A stretch of DNA of 64,000 bases, taken from Ruditapes philippinarum. Taxonomy: Eukaryota. The position numbers and the translations under genes are program-made. Position 1 is the stretch's first letter. Every line of letters starts with the position of its first letter. Where the stretch lies: contig NW_026855774.1 of assembly GCF_026571515.1 (NCBI RefSeq), positions 62,001 through 126,000 of the forward strand. The letters run 5' to 3'. Below are positions 1-12,458 of this stretch, one piece after another. Below the pieces are notes generated by a model, which saw nothing but the letters and a program-made list of their open reading frames with translations, was not told where the DNA came from and ran no database searches.

Positions 1-25
1 GTGTGAAGTAAAAACTTAAAAAATC

Positions 26-709
26 TTTTTAGCTCACCTGAAATGTCATCAAACTTAGTCAGGATGCTTGTCTAGGTAATTGCTCGGATGAGTTCGAACA
101 TGGGTCAAAAACTAGGTCACCGGAGCTAAAAATAGAAAAATCTTGTAAACACTCTGGTAGTCACATTTTTGACTCAATTGTCATCAAACATGGTCAGCAT
201 GCTTGTCTAGGTAATTGCTCAGATTAGTTCGAACATGGGTCATGTCGGATGAAAAACTAGGTCACACTGCCAAAATATGGAAAAACCTTGTTAACACTCT
301 AGTAGTCACATTTTTGACTCAATTATCATCAAACTTGATCAGGATGCTTGTCTAGGTAATTGCTTGGATGAGTCCGAACATGGGTCATCTCACATGAAAA
401 ACTAGGTCACCAGAGCTAAAAGTAGAAAAATCTTGTTAAAACTCTAGTGGCTAATGTTTTGATCCAAGTATCCTGGAAATTAGTCTGAAAGTTTGTTTTG
501 ATGATTTCTAGGTCAAGTTCGAATATGGGTCACCTAGGTAAAAAAACTAGGTCACACTGCTCGAATATGGAAAATCCTTGTTAACACATTTTTGGTCACA
601 TTATTCACTCACCTGTCATGAAACTTGGTCAGAATGCTTGTCTAGGTAACTGTTCAGATGAGTTTTATGGGTCAGGTGAGCGATCTAGGGCCATCATGGC
701 CCTCTTGTT
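26..709 (+). mobile_element. Non-autonomous DINE/Helentron-like element with ~140-bp internal tandem repeats
   Basis: Starts TTTTTAGCTCACCTG and ends CAGGTGAGCG followed by the palindrome AGGGCCATCATGGCCCT and CTTGTT. AAAAACTAGGTCAC recurs at about 107, 252, 397 and 543. Confidence 0.7.
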
Positions 710-1042
710 ATAAAAAACCCAAGGAGCTAGAGTTTAGATACTAAGCATGACATATCTTATTGAGTGTCTACCATGTTTGTTCAAATAAAACCCATGTGGT
801 CAAAATTGGCCCCTCCCAGGGGGGGTCATTGTTTTTCCCTATATGTATACAGTAAATCTTAAAAAATCTTCTTATAAAAACCCCAAAGAGCTAGAGCTTA
901 GATATTTATCATGAAACATCTTCTAATGGGTGTTTACCAAGTTGGTTCAAATTAAAGCCCCTGGTTTAAAATTGGCCTTGGCCTTGGCCCAGGGGCCTAT
1001 AAACAAGTGAGCGATTTCAGGGCCATCATGGCCCTCAAGTTT
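710..1042 (+). mobile_element. 3' part of a related tandem-repeat element, apparently interrupted by the element at 26-709
   Basis: Two GAGCTAGAG..TTAGATA..AAAATTGGCCC units. Ends with the same AAGTGAGCGA..AGGGCCATCATGGCCCT palindrome. Confidence 0.55.
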
Positions 1043-1152
1043 TTATACTGTTAGCATAACCATATCATTATCACAAAAAATATTTACAGAGTTGATAATA
1101 AAATCTTTGTCATAAATGTTTTGTTTTAATGAAGTAATTGTTATTTTTTCAG

Positions 1153-1251
1153 CATGCCATGAATCCATTCTATGAGATCAATAAACCTATTACATCATCT
1201 GCTTTTGAGAAGAAAGTTCAACTTTATGGTAAAAAATACCTCACTGGATAG
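1153..1251 (+). CDS. TRAPPC2: Trafficking protein particle complex subunit 2 (sedlin), last coding exon; upstream exons lie outside the window
   Basis: Acceptor TTTTTTCAG, then [32 protein letters not shown], which matches the sedlin C-terminal pattern MNPFYxxNxPIxSSAFxxKV..GKK. Confidence 0.85.
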   Translation, partial: HAMNPFYEINKPITSSAFEKKVQLYGKKYLTG

Positions 1252-2069
1252 TTTTAATGTATCCTGAAACCAATAGGAATTATATAATATCAAGTTTAAG
1301 ACCTAGATCTGTGATAAATATTTGATAATTACACTGTAATATTGTCTTACATGTGAATATGTTTAATTTGCTGATAGATATAAAGACAGAAACTTGTATG
1401 TAAAATGAATGTTTTTTATGAAGAAAAACAAACAGTTTGCATTTGAAAATACTGGAAACAGAAATTATTTTATGGAGAAAATATGTACAATGAAAGGAAT
1501 AAGGTGGATTTTTAAGAAGAGTGTTGTACAAATGAAGGATCCACACCTTTACTGTATTGCTGATCTGAAAAATAATGAGGACCTTATTTTTTCTTGCAAA
1601 AAGCTTCTGCATAGATTCAACATTCCAGATGTTTACATAAAATTACTTATCAGTAACAATACTTTGGAAGCATGAGTGTATTATTTTCAATATACTTTAT
1701 TTGTTACATTTATTTCTCATGTCATATATTTAGTTTATTGTGGAATATAATATTATAACAGTTAATCTACAATAATTGTCATGTGATTGTAGATATTTAA
1801 TGAAAGGGAAATGTGCAATTTTGAAATTGTAATTTGAAAAAATAAAATTTGTATTAAACTGCTTTTATTTTGAGATATTTTGATAGTACATATTATAATA
1901 ATCTCAATCATAAACATAAAAAATATGTAACAACAACAATGGTAGGGTATTGTGGATAAACACAACATTCATAAAGGGAGAAAAACCCCGGAACTCAGGG
2001 TGATTGTATCTCAAAACATTATCCCATTTTCAGCAACATTTAAAGTCTGTTATTCACATCTCATTATAG

Positions 2070-2720
2070 CTATAGTTATACCACTGTGCAACAAAGCTGT
2101 AAGGGTCAGCTTGTCGTCTGGTTGTCTATCAGATTTTCCTTGTCTTCCAATGACTTAATAATGATTAATCCTTTGGCGCACAGTCTTCATATTTGTGTTG
2201 AGATTGGTCATCATTAGTAGACAACCCCTATTGATTTTTTAAGTCGGAGGTCAAGGTCACAGGTGCCTTTTTGGTATTGAGACTGGTTATGACTAGAAGA
2301 TGACCCCAATTGATTATGAGGTCACTAAGTCAAAGGTCGGGTCAGAAAGGCCTTGACTAAAAAATGCTTGTCCGTCCAGTAACTTAAGAATCCTTTGGCC
2401 CACAGTCTTTATATTTTGCATGGAGATTAGACATGACCATTAGATGAACCCTATTGATTTTGCAGTCACTGGATCAAAGGTCAAGGTCACAGGGACCTTG
2501 ACTTTATAAACTTGTCCGCCCAAGAATCCTTTGACCCAGTCTTCATATTTGGCATGGAGGTTGATCATGTCCATTTGGTGACCCCTATTGAAGTCACTGG
2601 GTCAAGGTCATAGGGGCCTTTAGTTCAAAAGGCTTGTCCGCTCAATTGCTTAAAAATGCTTTGGTCAACTGTCTTCATATTTGGTATTGATTCAAAGGTT
2701 TACTTTAAGTGGGGTATGTA
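2070..2720 (+). mobile_element. Decayed copy of the tandem-repeat element family seen at 7955-9277
   Basis: Degenerate units CAGTCTTCATATTT..GACCCCTATTGATTTT..GGTCAAGGTCACAGG. Ends GGGGTAT. Confidence 0.7.
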
Positions 2721-2952
2721 TTGATATACTCCATATTTAATTGTTAATTGGTTTTTAAACTATTGTGGCCAATTGGGTTAAAAACCTGATAATGCTTTTT
2801 TGTGTCAAGTTGCACAATGTAATTTATTATTTCCGGGAAATTGAATGAGCGAATGATCAGAAATTTTAAAACCACATTATTGGGCCAGACCTACATCTAG
2901 TTATACAAAAATCTTGAAAAATATTTTCATTTCCTTCATGTCATAACACATC

Positions 2953-3170
2953 AATTGAGTCCCATTAACTTAATAACGTAATTTGCGATTTCTTTCAATG
3001 GTAGACTTTGGTGTCTCAAATATAAAAAGTCCTGCTTGCGAAGCTTTCTTAATTATTCTACCTTCTATATTATTGTATTTCACATGTACTTCCCCTTCCT
3101 TTAATGTAGTCAAATCGTGCTGTTATAACTCCGCTTTGCGCTTACAACGTAAGTTTGAAGTGCTTAAGTC
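2953..3170 (-). pseudogene. Probable Gypsy/Ty3 pol (post-integrase C-terminal) remnant
   Basis: Minus frame reads HDLTTLKEGEVHVKYNNIEGRIIKKASQAGLFIFETPKSTIERNRKL, resembling the LxxGDxV..YxVET..RRNRRHL tail of Gypsy integrases. Broken upstream. Confidence 0.45.
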
Positions 3171-4153
3171 TTATAGTTAATGTAGATTAGCAGCAGTTTT
3201 TGTGGTGCTTCATGAAGAGTTGTTTTAATCTGCCTACCAAATAAGATTTTTGTATGGTCATATTATCACACAATATATCATCATCACTTCATATGGGCAG
3301 TCACATTTGGACAGTATGTGTTTTACTGTCTGTGTTATTAATAGAAATATTTTTCTCTGAAAGTAACATGCCAAAAATTTATTTTGCTTGAATTATCATC
3401 TTGTGTTCTTCTATTAAAGTTATACAAATTATGTCCCAGGGATCATAAATCTTGCCCTCAGAATCACTTCGTTTATGTTGACTTGTTTAGTAAAATGTGT
3501 ACAATTTTTTTTGTGAGGAAGTACAAAGCTCAGAGCTGGTACTTGTAGAATCACCTTGTGATCCTCTACAGAAGTTATAATCATCTATGGGTCCAAATGT
3601 GCCCCGCCCTTGAGGTGACATACTTTACATAGACTTGTAAAGGAATTTACATGTGAAACTACAATGCAAGAGCTAAGATGTCTGTCACGTGGCATTGCCT
3701 AGTGGACCTCTGCAAATGTTTTATAAGAAGTGCCGAGTTCGAAAATGAAAACTTTTTTGTGTCACTTAGTTTATATGTATATACTTGTACTGAATAAAAT
3801 GTCTGAAAAGTACAATGCTCGGAACTTATGTATTATGCATGTAGTATCATTTTGTGGTCCTTTACGAACGTTAAAATGCCAAGAGCTTTAATATTTGCCA
3901 TGAAGCATTTGTAACAGACATCTACAAATAAGTCAAAAATTATGTACATTGGGTAAAAAATGAGGAAAAAAAATGACATTACCGACTTTGGCATTGAAAA
4001 TAAAACATTAACTTCTTTATTTTAGAAAAGTAAATAGCCATTTAAACAAATACATTTTAAATATGCATGCCTAAATAAAATGATAAACTGACACACCAGA
4101 TTTATATTTATTTGAATTAATGAGGATGAAACCATTTTATTCATTTCCGTAAA

Positions 4154-5893
4154 TCAAGGTTGGTTAATGTTCAGAAATCCTATCCTCTCCAACACCTGTA
4201 AAATAAAGAAAGATAATAACAGATATCAGCAGATTGTCATCTATATGGTCATAACAGGTTAATAAAAGTGTTATACTGGTTCTTTGTTATCTGATGTTTT
4301 AATTCGCCTATGATGTTTATAATAAGTTTTAATAAATGATACACGGTTTACCATGTTGCGCAATAAACAACATTTTCAGCGTAAACCCAGTACATAGAAT
4401 AAATCGTCAGAATATTTAGTCATAAAAGTAAGCCGGGACAATATACTAAGACACCAGAAGACTGACCTTGTCGTATTCCGCATCATATTCCTGTAGTGAT
4501 ATCTTGTTGTCTTTAGCTGTAAAGCACGAATGCAAGAGATTTTCAATTAACACCAAATGAAACTTTCAGCGCTATTAAGTGACATCAAATACAATATTAT
4601 AGAAAAATGATAAACTAAAGTTTTCTGACACAGAACGTGTTTAGTTTTCACAAGGATTTAAATTCAAGACGCCTAAAACAACACTGTAATGTGAATAAAA
4701 ACATGTTAGATTGCGGTTGATTACCCGTTGTGATTTAGACCAAGAAGTTTCAGACAGTTTGAAATACAAAGCGAACAAATTGTAAATCATCTACACTCCT
4801 AAAATACATTTATTGCCTAACAAAGTACTTCGTGCAAAGTTAAAAGACTGTTTTGTGTATCAAAATTGAATTCTTGAGTGAAACAGCTCTTTTTCTGCGA
4901 TATCAATACTGTAATGCAGTTTGTCTTCCACCACTGTTTCATTTGATCGATGTAGGTAGTTGACATGCATTTGTAGATACATTGTTAATGAATACCGCTC
5001 CTTAACTGTCCGTTGCTATATAACCGAAATACTTATAAACCGGAAGTACCCAACAAAAGCAAGACGGTGACATTTGATAAGAAAGAGCATATTTCATGTT
5101 AACCTTTTGAATAACATTATTTACTTACGATTGACGTCAATCTCGTGGAATTCAGCTATATCATCTTCCACCTCGATACAACCATCACTGTTATGATCAA
5201 AGTGGTTAAATAATTCCCATTCGAATTTGAGTGAATCACTTGAATGCGATGAAAAAAACTCGGCCTGTGTAACGCAACCATCCTCTGAAACATGAAACTT
5301 AAACCGTTTAACAATTTCTATCTGCTGAATTTATACAGTGGTTTGCCTGCTCTGAATATAAAACATACGGAATTTAAATATCTAAAATAAAGCTACCAAT
5401 AGTATAGAGCCTTGACGATATGGTGACATTGATCTATACTAATGGCAAATATTAATCACCTTTGTTTCCATCAGGAAAATGATAAGAAATGTGAAAAAGA
5501 TATATCAGTTTAACTGTTCAAGAAAAGATAAAAATACATATGTAAAGTTAATTCAAGTTAATTATTCGAAATTATTACTATCACAGTATATTCTAAACAA
5601 AATATTTACATTTTGCTTATAGTTTCCATTACACCATTGGTTAGTGGTAACAACTCTGTTAAATGAATTATTTTGAGAGAATGTAACGAAAATGATTAAG
5701 ATTAAAAAAGTGCATGAATTTATTACTGTTGGCATCCCACGAGGTTATTCTAGCTTCAAACTCCTGAAGATTTACAAAATTATTTTTGTCTGTATCAATG
5801 TCGTGAAACTCTTTGTTTAACTCAAAGTTCACTTCTGTCAAATTGTGTCCAAATGTTGCTAACAGCATCCTAAACAACAGCAACACGTTTCAT
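4154..5893 (-). CDS. Four-EF-hand calcium-binding protein, probably secreted (molluscan type)
   Basis: Exons (-) 5869-5727, 5284-5129, 4516-4467 and 4195-4154, all GT-AG with consistent phases. EF loops DTDKNNFVNLQE, DANKDGCVTQAE, DHNSDGCIEVED and DVNPKDNKISLQE; ends VLERIGFLNINQP*. The start is uncertain (ATG at 5868, or an out-of-frame ATG at 5893). Confidence 0.85.
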
Positions 5894-7017
5894 GAGGGCA
5901 TAGAGCGAGAAATCAATACATGTATATATAGAAATTAATATAAATTATATATTAAATTTTTAATAAAAAAATATTTTAACTTTTAAATTTATAAAATATT
6001 TGAAAATGGGGAGTTATATATTTAAAAAAACTATATAACCCAAATTTTTGTTGTAAATTTTTATTTGAAAACCCTAAATTAATTTAATTATTTTCAAAAA
6101 TGGACTTGGGGTATTGCTTATTAAACCCCGTTATAAAACGTGTTCCCATTTTGTCAATCTGAAATAAAAAAAAAATCGATTTGATTTCGTAACATAATCA
6201 ATATTTGAACAAAATATTGATAGTATAATAATTGGTCATTTTCTATTTTCATGTATTTTTACAGGCATGGACCACGTATTAATCATGTTATGCGCCATGC
6301 CTTATAGGTCGTTTGCCGGGTGAAAAGACTAAAGAATAAAGACGATAACCGACAATTTTTTTTATCTTTTGCCTCGTCTTGCAAGAAACACTTATACCCA
6401 GTAAGGCAAAAACAGAACACATTTAGGTTTTTGTGCACAACACTCGCTTATAAAATACGGCATAAATAAAAAAAGTTTCCGGACATTATTGAAGCAGTCT
6501 ACTGCTTTTATGGCATATTATGATAAGCGGTTCTTACACTAGAGTCTCTCGTCTTTCTCATCATATTTCTGTTTAGAAACAAAATTATTATTTTGTTAAT
6601 ACATGTATTCCATCTAATTTTACTATCAGTTTCATAAACGTTGACATATACTAAAAACTATCATAAAAAAAAAAAAGTTAAAGCCCAAATTATTTTACTA
6701 CCCGATAAAAAATAACAAATAATGGGTTGGATTTTTTCATTTTTTTTCTTCTTTTTTTGTAAAAAGTTGAAAATGAAAATCTGCCTTTAATTATTTAAAA
6801 TTCCATAAATCGACTTACCTGTGCAAAATATGTTATGTGACCTAGGGTTTGATGAACAGAAATGATTTAATAAACAAAAGGCTTGCTCTTTTTATGTTAT
6901 CAAATTGTTCTTCTTTTCTGCCAAAAATTATGTAATATTTTGTACAAAACAAGATGTATTAGAGAGTTCCCGTTTTTGGATGCTACGATAAAGTTCACAA
7001 CAAAGCATTAAAGATAA

Positions 7018-7298
7018 AGATATAGAGGTCAGTGTAAGATTCACCGAGTGAGCGCCAAAAGGTATATTTTGAAATATGAACTTTTAATGTTCACAAGGTG
7101 AAATATATTTCGATCTTACACAAAACTAAACAAATTTTCTTTTTATTATATGCAAAGAAACGTTTTAAAAAGACATTAAACCTAAAAGTGAATGAAAAGC
7201 GCGCCAACTAATAATACAACGTGACGTCATTTACGACGTCACGTCATTAACTTGGTTCCTATTACTGTGCACGCTGGTATTACCTGAAACAACGTAAA
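7018..7298 (+). mobile_element. Truncated copy of the hairpin element family at 47360 and 49546
   Basis: Shares CAGTGTAAGAT..GTTCACAAGGTGAAATATATTTCGATCTTACAC..GAAAAGCGCGCCAA..GTGCACGCTGGTATT with those copies. Confidence 0.75.
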
Positions 7299-7449
7299 TA
7301 GAGGATATTGAATGAGTGTAAGTTCAATACTGAATTTATTGCACGAGTTGAATAAAATTATATTATGCGAGCCTCTGGCGAGCATAATATTATTTTATTC
7401 AACGAGTGCAATAAATACAGTATTGAACTTACACGAATTTAATATTCTA
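7299..7449. mobile_element. ~150-bp long-hairpin element end (degenerate copy at 62400-62520)
   Basis: Arms GTGTAAGTTCAATACTG..TTATTGCAC..GTTGAATAAAAT and ATTTTATTCAAC..GTGCAATAAA..CAGTATTGAACTTACAC; apex GCGAGCCTCTGGCGAGC. Confidence 0.75.
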
Positions 7450-7954
7450 TTTATCACATACCCTAAATAAAGACCGTTTTAAGTGAAATAAGAGTCATTT
7501 TCCAAATCTTACCACACGAAATGGATTTTAACTTATTAATGCCAGAAGCAATTTATTAAGTCAGCGGTGTGGACGGTGCAAAATTCACTAAATGTAAAAT
7601 AAGAATTGTCGGTGTAAGCGTAAAAATATTAAGTAGCCTATCGTGAATCACAGCAACACTTACACGCACGCACGAACACACACACACGCACACACACACA
7701 CATCGCAAGGTATTGTAACAAGTTCCTTGTTGGTATTTCTTCACGGGTAACAACTGCTTATTGCGTACCTTATTGCGTATTTATTTTAAAGAATATTTTC
7801 TTAATTAAGTTTTAAAACCAAAAACGTAAAAAAAGAGAGAAAAAAACATCTAGAAGTGTATCTGAAAGACACGAATGCCACCATGTTAGGGCAACGAATA
7901 GTATGAACAAAGATGTTATGATAAGACAGCATAGTTTGTACTTCGTTAACTTCT

Positions 7955-9277
7955 TTTTATACCCCCGCACAACGAAGTTGTAAGGGGGGTATACTGGAAT
8001 CAGCTTGTCCGTCCGGACGTCCGTCTGTCCGGACGTCTGGCCGTCCGTCGGTTTTTCCTTGTCCGCCCAATAACTTAAGATTCCTTTGACCCACAGTCTT
8101 CATATTTGGCATGGAGGTTAGTCTTGACAAGTAGATGACCCCTATTGATTTTGAGGTCACTGGGTCAAAGGTCAAGGTCACAGGGGCCTTGGCTATAAAA
8201 AGCTTGTCCGCCCAATAACTTAAGATTCCTTTGACCCATAGTCTTCATATTTGGCAAGGAGGTTGATCATGACCATAAGGTGACCCCTATTGATTTTGAG
8301 GTCACTGGGTCAAAGGTCAAGGTCACAGGGGCCTTGACTATAAAAAGCTTGTCCGCCCAATAACTTCCTTTGACACACAGTCTTCATATTTGGCATGGAG
8401 GTTAGTCATGACCATAAGGTGACCCCCATTGATTTTGAGGTCACTGGGTCAAAGGTCAAGGTCACAGGGGTCTTGACTATAAAAAGCTTGTCCGCCCAAT
8501 AACTTAAGATTCCTTTGACCCATAGTCTTCATATTTGGCATGGAGGTTGATCATGACCATAAGATGACCCCTATTGATTTTGAGGTCACTGGGTCAAAGG
8601 TCAAGGTCACAGGGGCCATGACTATAAAAAAGCTTGTCCGCTCAATAACTTAAGATTCTTTTGACCCACAGTCTTCATATATGGCATGGAGATTAGTCAT
8701 GACAAGTAGATGACCCCTATTGATTTTGAGGTCACTGGGTCAAAGGTCAAGGTCACAGGGGCCTGGACTATAAAAAGCTTGTCCGCCCAATAACTTAAGA
8801 TTCCTTTGACCCACATTCTTCATATTTGGCATGGAGGTTGGTCATGACAAGTAGATGATCCCTATTGATTTTGAGGTCACTGAGTCAAAGGTCACAGGGG
8901 CCTTGACTATAAAAAGCTTGTCCGCCCAATAACTTAAGATTTCTTTGACCCACAGTCTTCATATTTGGCATGGAGGTTGATCATGACCATAAGGTGACCC
9001 CTATTGGTTTTGAGGTCACTGTGTCAAAGGTCAAGTTCACAGGGACCTTGACTTAAAAAAAGTTTTTCCCCCTCAATTGCTTAAGAATGCCTGTCAGCAG
9101 TGTATTGATTTTGACATATTCACATTTGAAGAATGTAGAATACATAACTTAGCAATGCAATGGCTTAGTAACCTCAGATTTGGCAGGGAGGTTGTCCTTG
9201 AGCTCTAAATGGCCACTGTTGATTCTTACAAAGTGGTATGCGGGGGTATTCACGCTATGTTAGTGGCAGTTCTAGTT
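7955..9277 (+). mobile_element. Young DINE-1/Helentron-type non-autonomous element with about 7 tandem units of ~144 bp
   Basis: 5' TTTTATACCCCCGCA..GGGGGGTATA hairpin, then a (GTCC)n microsatellite. Near-identical CTTGTCCGCCCAATAACTTAAGATTCC units at about 8058, 8202, 8348, 8487, 8633, 8778 and 8917. 3' TGCGGGGGTAT sub-terminal inverted repeat and CTAGTT end. Confidence 0.85.
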
Positions 9278-10291
9278 GAAATTAAATACCTTTTAAAGTA
9301 AGAAGACAGATGGCTGTTGATAAAACAGTTTTTTTAAATATTAATCAACTTCAATTTTAGAGTGACAGTCCGTACTATACCTGATATAAAACTGGAAAAA
9401 TAAAATATTAACAATTACTTTTATTGATTATAACAATTGCTTTTGCCAAGTGACTTTAAAATTCCTTGAGCCGAACAAGATTGTCTGACCTTTGACCTTT
9501 ATGTTTGACATTGACCTTGGAGCTATTGGTACGGGTCTTGTGCAAGACTCAACTGTCTCATGTGCTGATTTATTTCAAAATCTATTGATGAATGACAGAG
9601 TATATGGGCCGGACGAGGAAATACAACAACTGACCTTTGCCCTGTAAGTCTGACCTTCACCTTGGGAGGGGCTAGATTTTGAGCCTGGCACACTGTTTTA
9701 TCATGCTCAGATTTGTGCCAAAATGTTTTTAAAAATCCTAGATGCATGACAGGCCTAACTTCTGACCCTTGACATCTAAGTGCAACCATGACCTTTGAGT
9801 TAGGTGACTAAATCTTTTCATGTTTCACATTTGTGCCAAGGTATTTCAAAATTCCTTGAAGCTTGGCAGAGTTTTGGGCCAAACGCGATTTTCTAATTGC
9901 TGACCTTAAAATACACTTGTTACTATATATAGTAACAAAATCGCCTATGAGTTCAACTGATTATGAGTGTCACGTGCCCTATTATGAGTTTGCGGCCCGG
10001 GGCCGAGAACTAGTTATCAGCTCGCTGAACATGTGCATGCACAACTGAAACAATGACGTCACATTTTACGTCATCAAACAGTTAACTGTTAAAGTGAAAG
10101 TAGGTTTTAAGCACGAATCGCTTGATTGTATTATGAGAGCTGAATCGTATTTCGTACACACACAGTTTTATTACTATAGAAATTTAAAGAAATAATACGA
10201 CACATTCATTCCGAAAAAAAAAATAAAAAAAATTGCTTCTAGATTCTACAGTTTGAACATACAAAAAGTAAACAACGCTGTAGAAGTTACT

Positions 10292-11194
10292 GTAGATCTA
10301 AGTACTGTACAGTACAGTACAGTACAGTACAGTACTGGCATGCGAGCAGTTCCCGTACAGAAGCAGTACCCGTATTTTTCATTTAAACGCTTGATTTTTA
10401 CATGCATTCTTCAAAAATTCATTTTAAATCAAGCAGATACATAAACGAGACAAAATCTAAGTGTCAGTTCGGCAGTACGTATAAAAAGTCTCATTTTGAA
10501 TCACTTTCACCTGTGCGTTGTCAAAACGTGACCTTGTTTTATCTGGGGGATTCCGTCCTTGCGCGCATGCGCAAAAATACTTACACGTGAGGCATGTTAA
10601 AGGGTTTTCCACTAATACCACCTGTTTACAGATAAGAAGGCAATGTGATGAAAACTTGTTTAATTATCAGAATTTTGACCAATATTACTATATAAAATAA
10701 TTTTATGGCTTTGATGCGTAAAATATCATGCATACAAGCATGCCATCGCATGTGAATGCGTTGGGGGTAACGGTACCGGGTAATAGATACACGCGTTTAG
10801 TCTACTTTTTATTTCCTGAATTACATCTATTTATCTCTTAGAAAATGGTCTGTTCAACAATTATAAATGAAAAATATGTCCGATATAATAAAATTGTATA
10901 GTTATAATGGGTTAAATTTTATGTACGGGAACTACTTCTCTTCATACAAAATAATGGATAATTTCTGTACCCCATATGAGGCCTCATTACTAAGGGTTAT
11001 TCTATGTTTAGAACATGATGGAATTTCCATGATTTGTGTGACGAGCCGAATATTGATGTGTAACATTCAAATTTTGGTGAGTGAGCGTAATAAAAAATAA
11101 TGTTTAAGTAACTACGATTTTTGTACGGGAACTGCTCGCATGCCAGTACAGTACAGTATTTTTTTTAGAAAAAAAAATGATAGTATTAGATCTA
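10292..11194. mobile_element. MITE with long TIRs containing a (CAGTA)n microsatellite
   Basis: Left GTAGATCTAA..(CAGTA)n CTGGCATGCGAGCAGTTCCCGTACA; right TGTACGGGAACTGCTCGCATGCCAGTAC..TTAGATCTAC. Confidence 0.75.
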
Positions 11195-11213
11195 CTAAGT
11201 GTATTAAATACAT

Positions 11214-11357
11214 TAATACACTTCTTAGTTGTGCCAGAAGGTGATAATCGGCCCTGAAAAGAATAATAATGCCCTCGGGCTTCAAAGCCCTCGGGGCCAT
11301 TATTCATTTTGCGGGCCGATTATCACCTTCCGGCCCTACTCTGCCGTGTATTAATCT
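11214..11357. mobile_element. Long-hairpin element end
   Basis: Arms TTAATACAC..GAAGGTGATAATCGGCCC and GGGCCGATTATCACCTTC..GTGTATTAA; apex CCTCGGGCTTCAAAGCCCTCGGG. Confidence 0.75.
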
Positions 11358-11779
11358 CTTAGTCTTCGAAGCTAGGAATCTAGGACTTACGCATGGCACA
11401 TCGTTTCATCATGGTGCTTAAATGTGTGCCAGGTTATTGCAAAATGTCTTGACTCATGACAGAGATATGGAACGGACAAAGTTTTTGAACACACGGACGC
11501 ACTAGCGCACACAGGAACGGACGGACAGTGATAACACTATATGTGCCCTTTGCTGGCATTAAAAGATGATTATCAAAAAATCTTACGTGACCATTATAAC
11601 GACTTAAAACTCAAAACAAAGTGGCTTATCTTCGAAATCATGTAACATTGGGCCTTGTCCAAAAACAGTAAATGGTTTGCAGACCTTTTTAGCCTGACAT
11701 CATGACAAAAACAACATTTGTTAAGATCCCAGGAGGACTGATATCTGTCATAAAGTATTATGAAAACAGATACTACTAG

Positions 11780-11835
11780 TATATAAGGCATCCTGTATTG
11801 ATTAAAACAACACCAACGTAAATTGAATCAACAAG
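11780..11835 (+). promoter_or_regulatory. TATA box and putative non-coding first exon of the BRICHOS gene
   Basis: TATATAA at 11780-11786, a perfect donor AAG|GTAAGT after 11835, and an acceptor TTTTTTCAG ending 12445, 13 nt before the ATG. Confidence 0.55.
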
Positions 11836-12458
11836 GTAAGTTACCACTACTTGTTTTGAAATCTTAAATATTCTTTACTACAAACGTGTTAATGTTCGGT
11901 TTTAAATCTGTTTCATATTTAATTCTACATTAAATATATTGTTTCATATTTAATTCTACATTAAATATATATTGCATGCAGTACCTTTAAACTTGATTGT
12001 TAGGCTCCGCCTACTTAGTGTTCTGACTAATTGACTTCATATTGTTAGACAGTCTTAGAAATAAACTCATAGTATCAACATCTCGTAACTCTGCATCCAC
12101 ACCAAATAACAAACATAAAACAAAATCAGATATTCATCGTTCCATTTAGCTTTTTATACATAAGGACCTTAGTTTGATGTTTAATCGCCACTTTCAAGTT
12201 TATTCGACGCTGCAACATTTTCCTTTTTTGTCGTGTTGGGCGACCTTTAAGGTTTCAATTTTGGTTCACATTTGTATTTTAATATCAATTGTCGTGTCCC
12301 TACTATTAAATACAAATTGACAATTTACTTATTTGTTATTCTATTTACAAATATGTTATTAAATATATTATCTATCTATCAACAGAAAAAATATTTATTA
12401 TTTTTGAGACTTATTTGCGCTAAAACTAAAAACCTATTTTTTCAGTAAAGTGCCAGTC

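Larger units (their letters stand above)
7848..11565 (-). mobile_element. Outer DINE/Helentron-like element carrying nested insertions
   Basis: Left palindrome GTGTATCTGAAAGACAC plus ATGCCA. Right end has a GGAC microsatellite, GTGCCC..TGGCAT and TAAAA. Internal TGACCTTTGACC units at about 9480-9910 and 11360-11480. Confidence 0.55.

Noticed and set aside
1280-1675. ORFs of 110 and 88 aa
   Set aside because: They lie in the TRAPPC2 3' UTR region and have no recognisable motifs; chance AT-rich ORFs.
7955-9100. Regular ~144-bp repeats (and the 37-bp array at 29440) as a CRISPR-like array
   Set aside because: The units are contiguous with no unique spacers, there are no cas genes, and the context is eukaryotic; these are TE-internal tandem repeats and a minisatellite.
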